In this document: positions 60,477 through 64,000 of the stretch, one piece after another
How the letters are laid out: each line of letters starts with the position of its first letter
Numbering within the stretch: position 1 is the stretch's first letter
Assembly (NCBI GenBank): GCA_963828255.1
Contig: CAWHDZ010000027.1
Coordinates: 32,001-96,000, forward strand
Reading direction: 5' to 3'
Origin: an uncultured delta proteobacterium
GTDB lineage: Bacteria; Myxococcota; Myxococcia; Myxococcales; Anaeromyxobacteraceae
Length of the DNA: 64,000 nt
Notes under the pieces: model-generated
The model's database searches: none
Told to the model about the DNA's origin: nothing
The model's input: the letters and a program-made list of their open reading frames with translations, nothing else
Made by a program: the position numbers and the translations under genes

Positions 60477-62129
60477 ATGACAGCCATCACGAAGCGCGAC
60501 GCCACCGCCGTCCCCCACGGGGAGGCGCTCCTCCACGACCCGTTGCTCAACAAGGGAACCGCCTTCACGCACGCCGAGCGAAGCGCGCTCGGGCTCACCG
60601 GGCTGCTCCCGCCCCACGTCCACCGGCTCGAGGAGCAGGTGGCCCGGGTGATGGACAACCACCGCAACAAGCAGACCGACCTGGAACGCTACATCCACCT
60701 GGTCAGCCTGCAGGACCGCAACGAGACCCTCTTCTACCGGGTGGTGGTGGACCACATCGAGGAGATGATGCCCATCATCTACACCCCCACGGTGGGGCAG
60801 GCCTGCCAGCAGTGGGGACACCTCTTCCGCCGCTCGCGCGGGCTCTACGTCTCCTGGGAGGACCGGGGGTGCGTCGAGTCGGTGCTGCGCAACTGGCCGC
60901 AGCCGGACGTGCGCGTCATCGTCGTGACCGACGGTGAGAGAATCCTGGGGCTCGGCGACCAGGGCGTGGGGGGCATGGGCATCCCGGTCGGGAAGCTCTC
61001 CCTCTACACCGCCTGCGCCGGCATCGACCCGGCCCGGACGCTGCCCCTCATGCTCGACGTGGGCACCGAGAACGAGGGCTACCTGCGCGACCCGCTCTAC
61101 CTGGGGCTGCGCCAGAAGCGCATCCGGGCCGAGCCCTACGACGCCTTCGTGGCCGAGTTCGTCGAGGCCGTGCAGCGGGTCTTCCCGGACGCCCTCCTGC
61201 AGTTCGAGGACTTCGGCAACCAGAACGCCTTCCGGCTCCTGGAGCGGTGGCGCGAGAAGGTCTGCACCTTCAACGACGACATCCAGGGCACCGCCGCGGT
61301 GACCCTCTCCGGGATCTACTCGGCGCTGCGCCTGACCGGGAAGACCCTGCGGGAGCAGAAGCTGCTCTTCCTGGGCGCCGGCGAGGCCGGCATCGGAATC
61401 GGGGAGCTGATCGTGTCGGCCATGGTCGACGAGGGGGCCACCTCCGAGGAGGCCCGCCGGTCCTGCTCCTTCGTGGACAGCCAGGGACTGGTGGTGAAGA
61501 GCCGGACCGGCCTGGCCCCGCACAAGCTGCGCTTCGCCCACGACCTCCCGGGGGCGCCGGACCTCCACTCCGCCCTCGAGGCCATCCGCCCCACCGCCAT
61601 CGTGGGGGTCTCGACGGTGCCGCGCGCCTTCGACCAGCGGGTCATCGAGACCATGTCCCGCATGAACGACCGCCCCATCGTCTTCGCGCTCTCCAACCCG
61701 ACGTCCAAGTCGGAGTGCACCGCCGAGGAGGCCTACCGGTGGTCGGGCGGGCGGGCCATCTTCGCGAGCGGGAGCCCCTTCCCTCCCTGCCGCCTGGGCG
61801 ACCGGCTCTTCGTGTCCGGCCAGGGGAACAACGCGTACATCTTCCCGGGCGTGGGGCTCGGCGTGGTGGCCTGCCGGGCCCGGCTGGTCACCGACCGGAT
61901 GTTCTCCGCGGCGGCGCGGACGCTGGCCTCCCTGGTCCTCCCCTCCGACCTGGAGCTCGGGAGGATCTACCCGTCGCTGACCCGCATCCGGGAGGTCTCG
62001 GCCCACATCGGCGCGGCGGTGGCGGAGGTGGCCTACCGGGATGGCCTGGCGGGCGTGGCGCGCCCCCCGGACCTGCTCGAGATGGTGAAGGGCTCCATGT
62101 GGGAGCCGGTCTACCGGCAGTACGTCTAG
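60477..62129 (+). CDS. maeA: NAD-dependent malic enzyme
   Basis: NKGTAFT, IIYTPTVG, TDGERILGLGD, FNDDIQGT and LSNPT motifs. Confidence 0.93.
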   Translation: MTAITKRDATAVPHGEALLHDPLLNKGTAFTHAERSALGLTGLLPPHVHRLEEQVARVMDNHRNKQTDLERYIHLVSLQDRNETLFYRVVVDHIEEMMPIIYTPTVGQACQQWGHLFRRSRGLYVSWEDRGCVESVLRNWPQPDVRVIVVTDGERILGLGDQGVGGMGIPVGKLSLYTACAGIDPARTLPLMLDVGTENEGYLRDPLYLGLRQKRIRAEPYDAFVAEFVEAVQRVFPDALLQFEDFGNQNAFRLLERWREKVCTFNDDIQGTAAVTLSGIYSALRLTGKTLREQKLLFLGAGEAGIGIGELIVSAMVDEGATSEEARRSCSFVDSQGLVVKSRTGLAPHKLRFAHDLPGAPDLHSALEAIRPTAIVGVSTVPRAFDQRVIETMSRMNDRPIVFALSNPTSKSECTAEEAYRWSGGRAIFASGSPFPPCRLGDRLFVSGQGNNAYIFPGVGLGVVACRARLVTDRMFSAAARTLASLVLPSDLELGRIYPSLTRIREVSAHIGAAVAEVAYRDGLAGVARPPDLLEMVKGSMWEPVYRQYV

Positions 62130-63208
62130 TCCGGCGCGGTGGGGAAATCGACGACGAACCGGGCCCCACCCGGTCCGTCCTCGAGCGACAGGTGGCCCCC
62201 CTGGGCCTCGGCCAGGGCCTTGGCGATGGCGAGCCCCAGGCCGAAGCCGCTGGAGGGGGCCCCCTCCCGGCTGAAGCGCTCGAAGACCCGGTCGCGGATG
62301 CTGGCCGGGATCCCGGGCCCGTCGTCGCTCACGGTCACGCGAACCCATTCCGACGAGGAGGCCACCGCGATCTCCACGTGCTCGCCCCCGTGCCGGAGCG
62401 CGTTGTCGAGCAGGTTGTCGAAGACCCGGCCGGTGAGCAGGGGGTCGCCGAGCCCCGTGGCCGGCTCGAGCCGGAGCGAGAGCCGCCGGTCGGCGCCCTT
62501 GTGGGCCACGGTGGCGCGGTCCGCCGCCAGCCGCGCCGCGCGGGTGATGTCGAAGCGGATGGTTGCCGGGTTGAGCGTTCCGGCGTCGGCGCGGGCCAGT
62601 GCGAGCAGCACCTCGACCAGCCGGCCGAGCCTGCGGGCCTCCTCCTCCACGACCCGGAGGGCGGTCCGGTAGTCGTCGGGGTTGCGGTCCCGCCGCAGCG
62701 TCACCTGCACCTCGCCGAGCATGGCGGTGAGGGGAGTGCGCAGCTCGTGGGCGGCGTTGGCGCTGAAGGCCTTGGCCTGGGTGGCCGCGTGGGACTGGGC
62801 GCGCAGGAGCTCGTTCGTCACGCTCGCCAGCTCGTCCCACTCGTCGCCGATCCCGCGCACCGGGAGCTCGAGCTCGCCGTCTCCCTTGAGCGCCCGCCTG
62901 GCCCGGTCCGCGGCCTCGTGCATGGGGGTGAGCGCCCGGCCGGCCAGCCAGAATCCGAAGAGCCCCGCCCCCAGCACGGCGAAGGGCGAGACGATGAGCA
63001 TGGCGATGCCCAGCTTCTTCGCGTCGTGGAGGTCGTCCCCCACCCAGCCCTGGGCCTGGGTCTCGTCCCCGGTGAAGCTGACCCGCTCGTTGTGATCGTG
63101 GACGAGGATCGCGATGGCCGTCGCGGTCCCGAAGAAGAGGACGGTGCCGAGGACCGCCGCGGCGAAGGCGGCCGCCAGCCGTCCCCGCAGGGTCCTCAGC
63201 CAGTTCAC
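62126..63208 (-). CDS. Sensor histidine kinase (OmpR-partner type)
   Basis: Two TMs; AHELRTPL, NLLDNA, DDGPG and GLGL motifs. Confidence 0.92.
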   Translation of the reverse strand: MNWLRTLRGRLAAAFAAAVLGTVLFFGTATAIAILVHDHNERVSFTGDETQAQGWVGDDLHDAKKLGIAMLIVSPFAVLGAGLFGFWLAGRALTPMHEAADRARRALKGDGELELPVRGIGDEWDELASVTNELLRAQSHAATQAKAFSANAAHELRTPLTAMLGEVQVTLRRDRNPDDYRTALRVVEEEARRLGRLVEVLLALARADAGTLNPATIRFDITRAARLAADRATVAHKGADRRLSLRLEPATGLGDPLLTGRVFDNLLDNALRHGGEHVEIAVASSSEWVRVTVSDDGPGIPASIRDRVFERFSREGAPSSGFGLGLAIAKALAEAQGGHLSLEDGPGGARFVVDFPTAPD

Positions 63209-63879
63209 GGGCCGGGCCTCAGCTCGTAGCCCACTCCACGGACGGTGTGGATGAGCGGGTAGGAGAAGGGCTCGTCCACCTTCTTGCGGAGGTAGCGGAT
63301 GTAGACCTCGACGACGTTGGAGAAGGTGTCGTAGTCGTGCTCCCAGACCGCCTCGACGATCCGGGTGCGCGAGACCGGCTCCCCGACCCGCTCGAGCAGG
63401 AACTGGAGGAGCGCGAACTCCCGGGCGGTGAGCCGGACGGGCTGACCGGCGCGGGTGACCTTGTGCTGCACCGGGTCGAGGATCAGGTCGCCGCAGGTGA
63501 GGATGGGGCTGGCCCGCCCTCCGGCGCGACGCAGCACCGCGCGGAGCCGGGCCACCAGCTCGTCGAAGGCGAAGGGCTTCACCACGTAGTCGTCGGCGCC
63601 GGCGTTGAGGGCGGCCACCCGGTCGTCCACGGCGTCGCGCGCCGTCACCATGACGATGGGGATGATGTCGCCCCGGTCGCGCCAGCGCCGGAGCAGGTCC
63701 AGGCCCGAGGCACCCGGAAGGGTCCAGTCGAGCAGGACCACCTCGATGCCTCCCGCCGCCAGGGCGGCCTCGGCCGCCTCGCCGTCCCCGACCGCACGGA
63801 CCGTGTAGCCTTCCTCGGTGAGGCCACGCTCCACGAAGGACAGCACCCGCTTCTCGTCTTCCACCACCAGGATCGCCAT
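63205..63879 (-). CDS. OmpR/CusR-family response regulator
   Basis: VVEDE, LLDWTLP, GADDYVVKPF, LTAREF and IHTVRGVGY motifs. Confidence 0.94.
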   Translation of the reverse strand: MAILVVEDEKRVLSFVERGLTEEGYTVRAVGDGEAAEAALAAGGIEVVLLDWTLPGASGLDLLRRWRDRGDIIPIVMVTARDAVDDRVAALNAGADDYVVKPFAFDELVARLRAVLRRAGGRASPILTCGDLILDPVQHKVTRAGQPVRLTAREFALLQFLLERVGEPVSRTRIVEAVWEHDYDTFSNVVEVYIRYLRKKVDEPFSYPLIHTVRGVGYELRPGP

Positions 63880-64000
63880 GGCGGGGAGAAATAACATCTC
63901 CTGTGGGTTCCGCAGCGGATGAGAGAAACCTAATCGTCTTCTCACGGCCGGCTCACCATGAACGCGGTACATGATCCTCCGTCGTGAGTGCCTTGCCGGA

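Noticed and set aside
63971..64000. Possible start of a divergent gene (MILRRECLAG)
   Set aside because: Only 10 codons before the window edge; cannot be supported

Overview
Very GC-rich chromosomal window, probably from an Anaeromyxobacter-like member of Myxococcota (inferred from gene content and style). It holds about 55 real genes; most long ORFs in the supplied track are antisense or off-frame shadows. I found no rRNA, tRNA, CRISPR array, integrase or transposase. Ordinary content includes the eutC tail, an L,D-transpeptidase/YcbK pair, DegP, mmsA, rubrerythrin, a sigma54-linked ABC/ADH/ALDH catabolic cluster, trehalose genes, homospermidine synthase plus ornithine decarboxylase, tal-pgi-pgm, malic enzyme and two-component systems. 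Highlights: (1) a Ralstonia phcBSR-like quorum-sensing locus at 20253-25735, with a PhcB-like methyltransferase, a fused PhcS/PhcR-like sensor and a PhcR-like REC-HK protein, preceded by an unannotated 29-aa membrane microprotein; (2) divergent from it, a putative sigma54 operon with a 22-aa peptide and two membrane-anchored GcvH-like proteins that lack the canonical lipoyl-lysine; (3) a 720-bp gap between convergent genes whose ends base-pair, a candidate structured RNA of about 535 nt or a MITE; (4) a PafBC-like WYL pair coupled to a flap endonuclease; (5) a trehalose-6-phosphate synthase fused to a membrane sensor module; (6) several broken genes. All family calls come from motif recognition, not database searches.
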